Of a DNA stretch of 64,000 nucleotides, positions 1 through 13,240 are shown piece after piece (within the stretch, counting starts at the first letter, position 1; every line of letters begins with the position of its first letter). The stretch is taken from NCBI RefSeq assembly GCF_022045235.1, contig NW_027266330.1, positions 51,646,001 through 51,710,000 on the forward strand, written 5' to 3'. Below the pieces are notes generated by a model. That model did no database searches. It worked only from the letters and a program-made list of their open reading frames with translations, and was not told where the DNA came from. A program made the translations under genes and the position numbers. Origin of the DNA: Haliotis cracherodii. Its lineage: Eukaryota.

Positions 1-92
1 ATAAGCTGCATTTTTTTTTAAATGAGTGTCTGAAGAGTTTAGTCAGGGTCTGCAGCTTCTTAAGTCTGTGGGTCCTGATGGCACTGGTTAAA

Positions 93-440
93 CCGTATTC
101 GACGTAATAAGCGCCTCTAATAAGCGCCCACGGTGATATTTGCTGAGATATTGGCTAGTGAACAAGCCCAATTTGCATCCCTTCCGACTGATCAATGTAC
201 TTATTGATTGACTGACTTATTTTTTCGGTATAATACGCACATGTGTGTTATATGCACCCTTATTTATGGGCAATTTAATTCTGGAAAAATATATCTGTCG
301 TATATAAACATTTCGGGCAGTCAGCATAAACAAGGAAATATATTTTTCAACTATTTTTTTTTCACCAATATAATATTCAAATAAGAGTCCCCTATTTCTA
401 ATTTTGAGAGCAGCCCGGGCGCTTATTACGTCGAATACAG
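93..440. mobile_element. Tc1/pogo-type MITE, copy 1
   Basis: TIR ccgtattcgacgtaataagcgcc / ggcgcttattacgtcgaatacag; same family as the copies at 5320 and 6164, inverted. Confidence 0.8.
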
Positions 441-1310
441 TATATACTCACTGCCAAAGGAAACGCGTACCATAGAAACATATAGAGAACTATTTACATT
501 AAGAAGAAGATGTTTCCAATGTGTCCCACTAAATGACAAAACTAACAATCTGTCAAGCGTTACCACAGAGTGTCTTTATTCAATCAGGATGTGCTGCACG
601 TGATTTCCAAACTTTACATGCTTATCCTGCAGGGGACAAAATGGAGCATCTCTAGTCATGGATCTATGACGTCACATGTGATGCGTTCATGTGTGTCCGT
701 TTGAGCAGTATGTTCGTTTGTACATTGAACCAATCTAATATCTCTTGAGTATGTATAATTCTTAATATTAATAATATTAATCAACATGTATGGTATTCGT
801 GTTTCTTTTGTCGGTGAGTATATAGAGCCAAGGTGAGGTGAGGTGAAATTGGGTTTAACATCGCGTCCAAAATTATTGCACTTATATAGCGATGTGCATA
901 GCGGGCGTGCATGCACGTGTGTGTGTGTGGCTGCTTGTACTAGTCCGGACTGATGCCGATTTATAGTGCTAGCCCACTAAGATACCATGCCGCAGTTTAA
1001 CATGAATACCCCACACAGACACAGTATACTGACTCTGAGCCGACCAGTTTTAGCCCCTCAATGCCGAGCGCCAGACAGGGTAACAACAATTACCATCCTT
1101 TAACGTCTTTTGGTATGACGCAGCCGGGGATCGAACCCAGGACCTTCCACTCTCCGGGCGGACGATCTACCACTAGACCACAGAGGCGGTCTGTATACAT
1201 AGTCAAACAGTGAAGAACAGTGTTGTGGTCATACACAGATTAAAAAGCATTATAGAAACACACACCATACTATCATCTGTAAATAACCAAATCTGAACCA
1301 AAGGTAAGGA

Positions 1311-1666
1311 GTGAGGTGAGGTGAAATTGGGTTTAACGTCGCGTCCAAGATTATTGCACTTATATAGCGACGTGCATGTACGTGTGTGTGTTTGTGTGGT
1401 TGCTTGTACTAGTCCGGACTGATGCCGATTTATAGTGCTAGCCCACTGAGATACCATGCTGCAGTTTAACATGAATACCCCACTCAGACACAGTATACTG
1501 ACTCCGAGCCGACCAGTCCTTGTTTTAGCCCCTTAATGCCGAGCGCCAGACAGGGTAACAACAAGTACCATCCTTTTACGTCTTTTGGTATGACGCGGCC
1601 GGGGATTGAACCCCGAACCTTCCGCTCTCCGGGCGGACGCTCTACCACTTGACCACGGAGGCGGTC
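1311..1666 (-). mobile_element. tRNA-derived SINE family A (~350 bp, internal (CA)n, (TCACC)n tail), representative copy
   Basis: A/B boxes TGGTCTAGTGG and GGTTCGATCC in the consensus; 13-bp TSD ccaaaggtaagga. Other copies at ~831-1191(-), 13630-13987(-), 17208-17565(+), 17823-18003(+), 20316-20669(+), 22369-22725(-), 32696-33111(-), 35070-35396(-), 40170-40486(+), 45441-45670(-). Confidence 0.9.
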
Positions 1667-3767
1667 CCAAAGGTAAGGAAGCAAAGTGACATTGCGAGCA
1701 ATGATACCATTCGTGACCAACTCAGGTTATTCCGGGACAAGCCGAATAGCGACTCGTGACTCTCTCATGGCCATTTTTGTGACCGGGTTCCATATTCACG
1801 CAAACGGGCATACCTAAAACAATTGTCGAAAAGGGTGGAAACTGGACTTTTACAGTCAGTTAACTCTGTTGCCTTGGGTAGGCATGGCCTAATAAAAGTT
1901 TAAGTTATGGAAACAAATGCAACAAAAAATTGCTTCATCAGCCAATCAAATGCCAAGGAAAAACTTGCACAGCATTTATCATGTTTATCATGTTTATTGT
2001 TAATTGAGCTGTGATCACTCACCTGAGCATTGTTTAACGAGACAAGAAATAGTCCCTGGCTGCGGATATCATTTCCACACACAAACTGTCATTGTCTGAT
2101 TCTCATGAAACACCCGTTTATTGCAGCAAGCTTTTGTACAAACCAGTCAGTCACATGTCTTTGGTGTAACCTGATTGCAGTGAGCTGAATTTAAGCAGGG
2201 ATTACACTGAGATTGCAATGTGCCCTTGGACATGTTGAAGGGTAATTGGGAATTTTGTTTGAGATTTTGTTCAGAACTGGGTTCTTATTTCCTCAACTTC
2301 AGAGGTATTTTAACATTGTATTTTAACAATACAGCCAATTAGTGAGTGAGTGAGCGAGTTGGGTTAAGCGCCCCTTTTAACAGTATTCCAGTTATATCAC
2401 GGCGTGTCAGCTTAATGTAGGAGGAAAGTGATGCAGGTCTCAGACGTTTACCACTTCGGTGAAACCCACGAGCACAGGTATGGTCCTTAAAAACCTAGAA
2501 AAATAATTAGGGGCGGTCGGGTAGCCTAGTGGTTAAAGCGTTGGCTCGTCACGCCGAAGACCCGGGTTCGATTCCCAACATGTGTACAATGTGTGAAGCC
2601 CATTTCTGGTGTCCCCCGCCGTGATATTGCTGGAATATTGCAAAAAGCAGCGTAAAACCATACTTACTCACTAGAAACATAATTCGAACCCACAATCACA
2701 GGTTTCTGGCGTGCCCAAGGGAAGCAACTCTGTACAGCAAATCGCAGCCCCTTAGACGACTGGGCCACCCGCGCCCCCTACAGCCAATTAAATTATGCAA
2801 AACTTAGTACTGAAGCGTCTGGTACTGTTATACAGTCATCCCTAGAAGAGCCTTGGCAGCCTGTGACTTAAGCCACAAGTCTGAAGCCCAAGTCTTTTAA
2901 AATTCACTTCCGTCAAGTAAGCTTAGCTAATAATAGTCTTAACAGTAACAGACCCGTGAAGAAGGGTAGAAAAGGTCTTCAGCAACCCATGCTTGCTGTA
3001 AAAGGTGACTATGCTTGTCGTATGAGATGACCAACAGATCGGGTGGTCAGACTCGCTGACTTGGTTGATACATGTCATCGTATCCCAATTGCGTGGATCG
3101 ATGCTCATAATGTCAATCACTGGATTGTCAGGTCCAGACTGGATTATTTACAGGCCGCCCTCATACAGCTGGAATATTGCTTAGTGCAGGGTTAAATGTC
3201 AAACTTAAAAGTAACACTAAATTCAACTTAAAATAAGGCTCAGAACCAATTTCCGGAAAGAGTGAGTGAGTCAGTATGGTTTTACGCCGCTTTTAGCAAT
3301 ATTCCAGCAATATCACGGCGGGGGACACCAGAAATGGGCTTCATACATTGCACCCATTTCGGGAATCGAACCCGGGTCTTTGGCGTGAGGAGCGAATGCT
3401 TTAACCATTAGGCTACTCGACCGCCCCATTTTCCGGGAAGAAGACTCAAATGTTTTCTGCACACACTGACATAGCATTAGTTACTTTTATATGCCATCAT
3501 AACATAACATTTTTGTATTTCTGATTTTGGGATTTTTATTGACATTTCCTTCAGACATGGAGCTGAATATGGACCTCTGAATATGTCGAGATAAATCAAA
3601 TGAATTGTTATGTTACAGATATTTGCTGCAGACAATGGTTGAATGTCAGCCTCCAGGCAGGTCTGGATAAAATCCCTGTAATGATACACTGACACACAGT
3701 GACTTCACAGTGGTAGAAACTAACAGTTTTCGTCCACTAGTCCTTATAATGATAACACATAGCAAAC

Positions 3768-4185
3768 TAGGGCTGGGACAAGTCCAAATTTACTACCCGG
3801 GTACCCACCACCCTATTACCCGACACTACCAAGGTACCCACTGTAGGTCTCAGGAGATGTCTCAAAATGTCCGATTGGGAACATTTTCAGCATAGCCCTG
3901 GCAAAACGTATTTAGATACATGCATTTAACAATTTGGTCATTCATACACTGAAGTTGAATTAAGTTATATCTTTATTCAACCATATGAAAAATCAGAAGG
4001 AATGGGTGCATAGTCAGAAAGAAATGCGAACATTAGTGACTTCAGTGTAACCATAGAGTTCTAGATAATTTTTGTCATTAATGATTAAACAATATACCAG
4101 GTGACTAACCACAGGTCCTGTGGGTACCCGGGTAGTACTCAGTACCCACCCGACCCGGGTACCCGGGTTATCTGTCCCAGCCCAA
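3768..4185. mobile_element. hAT-type MITE, nested within another CAG..CTG-ended element (~3708-4289)
   Basis: TIR tagggctgggaca / tgtcccagcccaa; 8-bp TSD tagcaaac; subterminal tacccggg repeats. Confidence 0.85.
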
Positions 4186-5319
4186 TAGCAAACCCCTTAA
4201 AAATGGCACATTTCTACTGGGCCTTATGATACCTTAACTATTGGGCAGTTTGACAAGGGCTACAGGACTAGTGCCAATTTCTAACGCTGCTTGAATTGCC
4301 AAACTGTCAGCTGTACTGGGTGATACAATCTGACTTGTGACACTTTACCTAAGACAGGGATAGTAACATAGGACTCACAAATATGTTCAAGAATGCCCCT
4401 TGAATTTTTATTTTAACTATGCCAACATGAACAAGACATCCGTCCTCATACAAACCCAGGGAATGTAATTTCAAACTTGAGCTTGTGAATGAGGGGTTGC
4501 AATCTAGAGAGTCTGCCCCTCACTTGAGACTGACATTGATAAAACCCTATTCAATTTCTGAATCCTCAGTTATTTAAAGAATCATACTGTGCATGTAATA
4601 CTTTGCTGGTTGGTTGCTTTGTTGTTTTACGCCACACTCAGCAATATTCCAGCTATATGATGGCCGTCTGTAAATAATTGAGTCTGGACCAGACAATCCA
4701 GTGATTAATATCATGAGTATCGATCCACACAATTGGGATCGATGACATGCATCAACCAAGTCAGTGAGCCTGACCACCCGATCCCGTTAGTTGCATCTTA
4801 CGACAAGCAGAGTCACCTTTTCGGCAAGCATGGGTTGCTGAAGACCTATTCCACCCGGAATCTTCACGGGTCGCATGTAATAAGTAATAAAAAGAGATTG
4901 CTCAGATTACATTTGCCGGAGAACATGTATCACTGGTTCTTTTAACAAACATGGTATTAAAAAAGATATAAAATAAATGACTAAGAGTATCCTTCAGCTG
5001 TCAAGAACTAATTTTAACCATGCCATTGTCACTGTAACTAGTACAAGTAAAGGATTTTGAACCAGGAAGGTCATGCATGCCAATCAGCACAAGTCAGTGC
5101 CCATTTAGATTAAACCATCTGTCACACTCCGGGTACCTTGTATATATATGAAAGAGCTGCTTATCTTAATCATGACTAATCCCATCTAATCCAGTGTTAG
5201 CTGGGATAAACAATATGCTGATAATCTCTGGGTAATGACCTGATCCGACACAGACCTCTATTTCATAATGTTGACATTACTACAAGACAGAGATATATGT
5301 TGCATTTTATCTGGTATTA

Positions 5320-5669
5320 CCATATTCGACGTCATAATTAGAAATAGGGGGCTCTTATTAGAATATAATTTCAGTGAGAAAAAAATAGAATTGAAAGATT
5401 GTAAATTTTGTGGTTTATGCTGACAGCCCGAAATCATACAAAAGAAAAGTATGTGCGTATTAGACACTACAGATATATTTTCCAAAATTTAATTGCCCAT
5501 AATTAAGGGTGCATATATCACACGAGTGCGTATTGTACGCGAATAAATAAGTCTTGTGAACATTGATCAATCGGAAGGGGTGCTAATTGGGATTGTTCAC
5601 CAGCCAATATATTAGCAAATATCGCCGTGGGCGCTTATTAGAGCGGGGCGCTTATTATGTTGGATACGT
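5320..5669. mobile_element. Tc1/pogo-type MITE, copy 2
   Basis: Degenerate TIRs; internal sequence homologous to the copies at 93 and 6164. Confidence 0.75.
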
Positions 5670-5872
5670 TAATTATAAGTTTAAATATACAGTGTTTGGA
5701 ACTTTGTATTCGTTTTTAGAAACGCAAAAATGAAACCAAGAGACATAATTCAAGCTTGGCATTTGTGAATGAGTGAGTTGGGTTTAATGCTGCTTTTAAC
5801 AGTATTCCAGTTATATCGTGGCGCATTTGTGAATGCTGATAGTATAATTGTGTTGAGAATGTGTTTACTCAC

Positions 5873-5987
5873 TGTGTAGTCTGTCATCAAGGACGAAGTC
5901 CTCCCATGAATTCCTCACTTCCGATGGTGGGTTGTTCTGGTAGTCGGATCGGGTTGGGGGAACAATCTTCCACAGCCGGTAGATGAA
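5873..5987 (-). CDS. FBXO36: FBXO36 homologue, coding exon 2 (FIYRLWKIVPPTRSDYQNNPPSEVRNSWEDFVLDDRLH); later exons not found in window
   Basis: ttttaacAG acceptor, A|GTGAGT donor, 115 nt in frame with exon 1. Resembles FBXO36 IFRWWKI...PGE...EDFL. Confidence 0.85.
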
Positions 5988-6125
5988 CTGTTAAAACAAT
6001 CGACATGTCACATTACACAGTCTAACAAGGTGTCTTTTCTTTTTACAATTACATCATACACAGATCCAGAGTGCTACCCCCTGCCCCTATATTCCTCAAA
6101 CACAGACACCTTTTGAAGCATACTT

Positions 6126-6163
<38 letters not shown>

Positions 6164-6508
6164 CGGTATTCGACGTAATAAGCGCCCCGCTCTGATAATG
6201 GCCCCCAGCGAGATTTGCTGATATATTGGCTAGTGAACAATCCCAATTAGCACCAATTCCGTCCTCTATTAGCATATAATACACACCGCTTCATTTCCCT
6301 ATTCGCGTATATATATTTTTCCAGAATTTAATTGCCTATAATTAAGGGTGCATATAACACATGAGTGCGTATTATACGCGAATAAATAAGTCTTGTGTAC
6401 ATTGATCAATCGGAAGGGGTGCTAATTGGGATTGTTCACTAGTCAATATATCAGCAAATATCGCCGTGGGCGCTTATTAGAGCAGGGCGCTTATTACGTC
6501 GAATACGG
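6164..6508. mobile_element. Tc1/pogo-type MITE, copy 3, inserted in a (TA)n run
   Basis: TIR gtattcgacgtaataagcgccc / gggcgcttattacgtcgaatac, flanked by TA. Confidence 0.85.
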
Positions 6509-7365
6509 TAGTGCCAATTTCTAACGCTGCGTAAACACTGACAGACTACTTCAACATTCTTGGGGAAAACCCTGGGAATTCCCTATCACGAATAAATGCA
6601 GAGGCGTTGTTTCTGATCATTTTGACCCTTTAGTCTTGAACATAAGGAAAAGTGTGAGTTTAGCTGCATACCCGAAATGAGTATTGATTTAGGGTCTGAC
6701 TGAAATACCAAAAGTGAAAACGGACCTATAGTCCCTCGCAGAAATGGACCCATATAATAAACATAATTCAAGCTATGTAACGAAGTGCTACTGTTTCAAA
6801 CTGTCTTGAGTGTATGGCACATATACCCAAGTATTCATTGATAGTGACTATAAAGCATGTGTTGAAACCTTTTTAAGAACCCTTTCAATAAAACAGATAG
6901 GCCTATAGTTAAACTGTGTCCGTTAAGATATTTTGACATGGGAGGTTTGATATTTAAATATATTCCTGCAATCAATAAAAAGTTAACAAAAATATATATT
7001 ATTTTCTCTGTCATGAATACAAGATAATTCAAGTTAGTGACCAATGTTTAGTGGCTCGGTAAGGTGCGTGAGCGTAAATATATTATTATCATGATTATGA
7101 TTTGATATGATCACCGAATCAGAGTTACTGTGTACACTGTGCGATCAATCACTTCATAAGCAACGGGAATGTAAATAATGCACTTAAACATTGCCCTAAT
7201 CTGCTATGCCGATCCATTATTGATTCTATGACGAGTGAATATAACTTGCAAGGGTGTGAACTGTTAAGTGTTGCTGTCGACGAGCTGTTGACTGACTCGT
7301 CAAAACAAGGAAGTGGAATCTCGACAAAGAATGTGCTTTACCCTATACTCAAGCTACAAACCTAC

Positions 7366-7479
7366 CTCGTCTGGTGAAACGAATATATGGAAGAAATCCT
7401 TCGATGGAGACGGAGCTTGTTGACCATAATCAACAAGAGCATCATGCTCGTTCAACCACTGTGTCCACTTCGTCGCCAT
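7366..7479 (-). CDS. FBXO36: F-box only protein 36 homologue, coding exon 1 (MATKW...VSPDE, 38 aa)
   Basis: ATG in aaaATGg context, ends GAG|GTAGG (phase 0). GQQAPSPSKDFFHIFVS resembles the vertebrate FBXO36 N-terminus GQGPPPSKDYYQLLVT (recalled, not searched). Confidence 0.85.
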
Positions 7480-8160
7480 TTTGACGCTATCACCATCCCA
7501 ACCGACGGCTGCCTTAAATAGCTGCTCGGATAACGACACGGAACGAAACGAGCACCTGTCGGGTTTATACAAAAGTAGGATTTGTCACGAACACCAAATA
7601 CTGGACTGGTTCGCAGGGTCAAATTGAAGCTAATCGCGGGATCACAATGGACGCATGACTATGTAACGTTCAATGTTAGTGAGCACCAATACTCAATAAA
7701 TCAACCAAGCTACAAATGAATGCAGACATAAAGACGACGGTAATAACTTTTTTACACACACAATTAAGAATGTGTGAGTGCGTGTGAGCGTGTTTGTGTG
7801 TGTGTGTGTTTGTGTGTTTGTGTGTTTTATTAATAGCCAGTGAGGTTTATATACGTTTGGTCAGTGTGATTTATATTATTTAAAAGTAAAAAACAACAAC
7901 GAAATCGTTACGACACGTTCCTAAAATAACAGTTTGGGAGTTGTGAAGCATTTTTGTGAGTGAGTATGGTTTTGCGCCGCTTCTAGCAATATTCCAGCAA
8001 TATCACGGCGCGGGACACCACAAAATGGTTTTCATACATTGTACCCATGTGCGGAATCGAACCCAGATCTTCGGCTTAACGAGCGAACCCTTTAACCCCT
8101 AGGCTATCCCACCGCCCCCAAAGTTATCAAGAGACTCGATACTACAGTCCTGCTGCTAAA

Positions 8161-8440
8161 GGGGGCACGGGTGGCCCAGTCGTCTAAGGCGCCGCGATTC
8201 GCTGTGCAGAGTTGCGTCCCTTGGGCATGCCAGAAACCGATGATTGTGGGTTCCAATCCTGGTTCGCCCCGATTATGTTTCTAGGTTTGTCAGCGCCATA
8301 CCCGTGCTCCTGGGTTTCACCGAAGTGGTAAACGTCTGAGACCTGCATCACTTCGGGCTTTCCTCCCACATTAAGCTGACACGCTGCGAGATAACTGGAA
8401 TACCGTTAAAAGCGGCGTTAAACCCAACTCACTCACTCAC
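8161..8440 (+). mobile_element. tRNA(Leu-like)-derived SINE family C (~275 bp), representative copy
   Basis: Head GTGGCCCAGTCGTCTAAGGCG..long arm..GTGGGTTCGAATCCC in the consensus; TSD cctgctgctaaa. Other copies at ~2341-2778, 18015-18211, 26990-27272, 28364-28648, 34021-34287, 37774-38016, 40485-40727, 46440-46696, 51670-51865, 53966-54237, 63401-63657. Confidence 0.9.
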
Positions 8441-10702
8441 CCTGCTGCTAAAGAACAATAGTCTCCACTTGTATTAGTCTCGTGTGATGACGTCATAATT
8501 ATAGTCAGATTGATGAAGGCTGAAATTTGCATTGACCCCACAGACAATAAACAAGCATTGATGCCATTTGTTGCCGCTGTGATTCTATTTATAGGGGGGA
8601 AAACCCGCCCATCCATAATTAGACCTGACGCATGCACAGGCCATGCGCCGAAAACATATGAAATAGGGGCGAATTAGATGATGTGGTGAATGAGCTCTCT
8701 TTATTGGTATGTATGATTTAATTTTAAGTGAATATGATTCATGTGCATATATGACACGTGCTTCCACATTATTTGATTAACTGACGTAGTTGACAAATTT
8801 CGTTCGTGGTTGTGGAGGGCGTCACATGAAGTTTTTGACTCAGGTAAACATATTTAACTGATCCGTTTTTACCATCCCTCATCTACTGGTCTAATACACA
8901 GCCACGATTTACTCACTCCTTTCTGAGAAAGTCGGGGCGGTGGGGTAGCCTTATGGGTAAAGCGTTCGCTCGTCACGCCGAAATACCGGTTCAATTCCCA
9001 TAACGAGTACAATATTCCCATAACGAGTACGCCGTGATATTTCTGGAATATTGCTATAACCACATCTCTCACTCTAACTCTAATGCTGATTCTGCATCGG
9101 CCTTTACAGGCTCCGCGAGAGTGGGCATTTAAGACCTCGACCACTGCCATTATTGAAACAAAGCGGCTGAGTGAGGTGAACTCGACCCCTTCGTGTTTTT
9201 TAATAACCTTCAGTTGAGGAGCGGTCGGGTAGCCTAGTGGTTAAAGCGTTCGCTCGTCACGCCGAAGACCCGGGTTCGAAGACATGGGTACAATGTGTAA
9301 AGCCCATTTCTGGTGTCCCCTGCCGTGATATTGCTGGAATATTGCTAAAAGCGGCGTAAAACCACCCCCTCCACCCTCCACATACACACACGCACATAAA
9401 CTACTTTTCGCGAAGTCAGTTACGGTGTGCTCTATTAATAGTCGGGGAAAACCTAATTTTCTATATTTAGACCTGACGTCCGTCTACAGCTTTGTATATT
9501 AGAGTTAGGTGATAGGGTGCCTCATAACTACTGTAATAGTAAGTATTGTTAATAATCATAATTTGATTATTTATGATGTGCATATAAATATTGACAAGAT
9601 CTTCCGCAATAATTAATCGCATGAACAGTCTCATTAAAATCATATCTTAGTAGTCTAGTAGCTAAAAGCAATTTTCAATGCTAACCTTGCATTTGAGGTC
9701 CCACAGTGTTTTATTGCTGATTTTATAAGTTAAAGATATGTAGATCAAGAAACAACTGGATGCCAACTTGGCACCCTTGAGGATTTTAATTAAAATGTGT
9801 TTTAAAATATACCCTTGGAATCTCAAGCGCCAGCAGAGGACCGTATGGAGGCAAAATAAGTTGTTCGGTAAGTAGCACAAAATGGAGTACTTCCTGTACA
9901 GACTGTTTACATTAGTTATTCATTTTCTACCTCATTTTCACAAATAATATGGCACAATGGTAAGTTATTTTTGTTGTCCAACTGATTTATGACATAGACA
10001 TTGCAGTTATGCAGAGTAAATGAATGAGAGATAAGTGGGAAAAATAATTCAGATCAAAATGCAAACTAGTGAAGTGTCGTCTGCTAGGCTATGCATACCA
10101 ATGCTATCAAAAGCTGCATTAAACTTTATTTGTTGTTGAAATATATAACAACTATTTATATATGCATCAATATATTCATGTTTGCAAACTGTATGCAAAA
10201 TATCTCATGGAAATAATGTCTCCATTCACTTGAATTGATAGTTTGATGAAAACTGTATATACTACTTTCCAAACCACTTATCATACTGCCATAGGGTCTC
10301 TATTGACTATGCAAGTAAGGAAGAGATTTTATTTTATATTTGTCTCTAAATTGATTACTAAAATAAATTGAAAGGGTTTGATTTGTAGATACTATTTTCC
10401 TGAGAACTATTATGTTTGATATCAACCTACAAAGGAAAAAAAAGACATATTTGGCAATATGAGCCCTAAATGATTCAAATGAAATGTTACATAATTTTCA
10501 TCAAATGCAATATTGATTATTGGTACAGGTGCACTGGAAATATGTTAAATAATTGATGTATGTCTGTCAGTGGCTACAATTTCATAAATCAATTTCATAT
10601 TTATTTGAATTTTAAACTTTTTGAAACATTATAGTTAATATTTTGCTATTCAACTACCTTTCAATATATCATTAATATTTTTTTTATATTTTAAGAGAAA
10701 TA

Positions 10703-13240
10703 ATGAATCCTTTCTTTCTTCAATTTCAGTCGGGGGTTGAATGTTTATTCCAGCTGATTGGCTGTTGTAATAACCCAAATCAGAAGCTGACAGCTAATTC
10801 AACTAGTCAACGTATCATATCTATCATTGATGCTAGCAAGACCAGACAGGATGGCCTACATTTACTAATTGAAAAAAATAAATCTTCTTCTGATGTTAAT
10901 GAATTATTTTACCACAAAAACTGTGTTTCTACTTACACATCAAAGACCCACCTTAAAAGACTTTCAAAATCTTGTTCAGATAAATGCCTGCCAGAACCAT
11001 CCAAAAAGAGAAGGCGTCGTTCAGTTTCAAGCACTGACTTTAACTTTCTAAAACATTGCTTATTCTGTGGGAACCCATGTGAAATTGAAAAAGACTCTAG
11101 AAATCCTGGACGATGGAAGAGATCTCTTCTTTGCAGAACTGCAGATGATGGCCAAAGATCATTCAAGAATATAATGACGGTGAGATCAAAAACAACATCA
11201 GTTTACATGCCTTTGATAGACATGAAACCGGCTGACCCTGACACCATTTTAACTGCTATGAAGGAAGCTGACAGATTAACTAAACAAGTTGGACAAGATA
11301 TTGTTGTTTTCACATGTGACCAACAACTGTACAGGGTGGCAGTTCACATTTCATGGGCATACCCAGAAAGATTTCATAATTTCTTTCTGCGTCTTGGTGG
11401 AATGCATTTCCTTATGAACTTTATTGGATGTGTTGGCACACTGATGGCTGGAAGTAGATTGTCAGACATTCTTGAGAGCTCTTTCGGAAGTGTAGCAAAC
11501 ATGATGTCAGGAAAAAGATACCTTCAAAACTTACGAGCGTTAAGAATTCTTGTTGAAGAACTGTTAAGGAATGTGATAACAGAAGTATCCAAGACAGAAG
11601 ACTTATTGAACATCTTGGAAGGCAGAGCAAGACATGCCAGAACAACGCGATTGTGGTTGGATATGCTAATCAAACCAGTTTTGCTGATGCTACAGTTTGT
11701 CCGAGCTGAAAAAGAGGCTGATTGGCCACTCCATTTGCTTGCAGCGAAACTGATGATGCCATATTTCTTTGCTGTTGGACATCAGAACTATGCTCGTTAT
11801 GGCCTCTATTATCTTAGAACAGCAGAAGATCTAAATCCAGGACTACTTGAGAAGTTTCTCAAAGGGGAACACGTCACATGTCATACACCTGGTACTTGGA
11901 ATGGAATATGGACAGACATGATGATTGAAACTACTTTCATGAAATATGGAAAGGTCCAGATGGCATCATTGGCATCACCTTAAAGCCAAACACTCTGAAG
12001 ACATGGGCCTTGAGTCTTCATATTTGCAGTGTTTTGTCAAATGATATCTATGACATGACAAACCAGGACAAATCAACAAATCAAGTTCATAAAGAAGAAA
12101 TGAAAGGCCGAATTGCAGCAGATGCAAAAGATCGGGAAAACATTCGACAGAAGCTGCAAGAGTCAAGTGATCCACTAGACGTGTCTCAACTCCCTACTGA
12201 TAAACTTTGGCAGGTTGTGAGTGGCAGATTTGCAGACAGTACTGTGAATGTTCATAAGGCATTGGCAGGGGTCAGAAAGAAATGGAGAAATTTGAAAGGT
12301 CATGGCCAGATGGATTTCATAGGCCCTTGTCAAAGAAGATAAAGACTGTGGCTGTCTTGAAGAATCAATGTTCAGATTGGATCTGCCACGTTATATGACA
12401 CACATCTGATCTACTCCAGAATCATTGGACTTCAGGCCTCAGGAAGAGACATCAACATTTCTGAGGTCTTAAAGTTTGAGTTGGCACCAGTGCCTACTTC
12501 TATGTTTACAGATGCAGGTGTCATGAGAACAGCCACAAACAAAGCTACTTTGAGGAATCAATTGCAGGTTGAATTGTCAGAAAGCCTCCCAAAAAGCGGA
12601 CCAAAAAAGCATTATCATTGATGGTTCTGCAATGCTATGGGTGGTTCACTGGCCGAAAGATGGAAAAGTAAAAGATTTCATTGACAATGTTGCTTCATAT
12701 GTAATGAGGAAACTGAAAGACGCTGATGTGTACCTTGTATTTGACAGGTACTTTGGATACAGCATCAAAGGTGTCACAAGATCATCACGGGACAAAGAAG
12801 CCAACCGACAACACAAGATTTCTCTGTCCATGCCCCTCCCACCACAGAAGATTCTACTCACAGTTACTTCAAACAAAGTTCAACTGATAGATCTAGTAGT
12901 AGATTATCTGCAAGAGATGAGAGAATCGTTGAAAGTCTGCTCACACAAGCTAGTATTAACTGGAAGTTCCTCAGTACCTGTGGAGGTCAACAATGGTTTA
13001 CTGATTCATCGACAAGATCTCAAGACAACCCATGAAGAGGCTGATGTTATTATCATTCAGCAGGTGATATCTGTTGCAGAGTCAGTTGCCAATGCATCTA
13101 TCACAGTGGTGTGTGACAACACTGATGTGTTTGTGCTGCTACTGCATTTCTACCTATACCAACAATTAACGTGTCAGCTATGCATGGAGTCAACATCATC
13201 TGTCAACAAGAAGTGCATTGACATCAAAGCCACAGTGTGA
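10703..13240 (+). pseudogene. Decayed Academ-like DNA transposase with C-terminal XPG/PIN-like nuclease; frameshifted, probably internally deleted, 3' truncated
   Basis: Successive ORFs 10703-11983, ~11960-12342, ~12380-12570 and 12569-13240. Motifs TCDQQLY..RLGGMH..NYARY..IE, then IIDG..VFDRY..HEEAD..DNTDVFVLL. Element termini not identified. Confidence 0.7.

Noticed and set aside
1-5872. FBXO36 exon 3 (F-box)
   Set aside because: The candidate acceptors I checked (~3670, ~4560, ~2300) gave no phase-1 F-box-like frame; probably beyond the window start.
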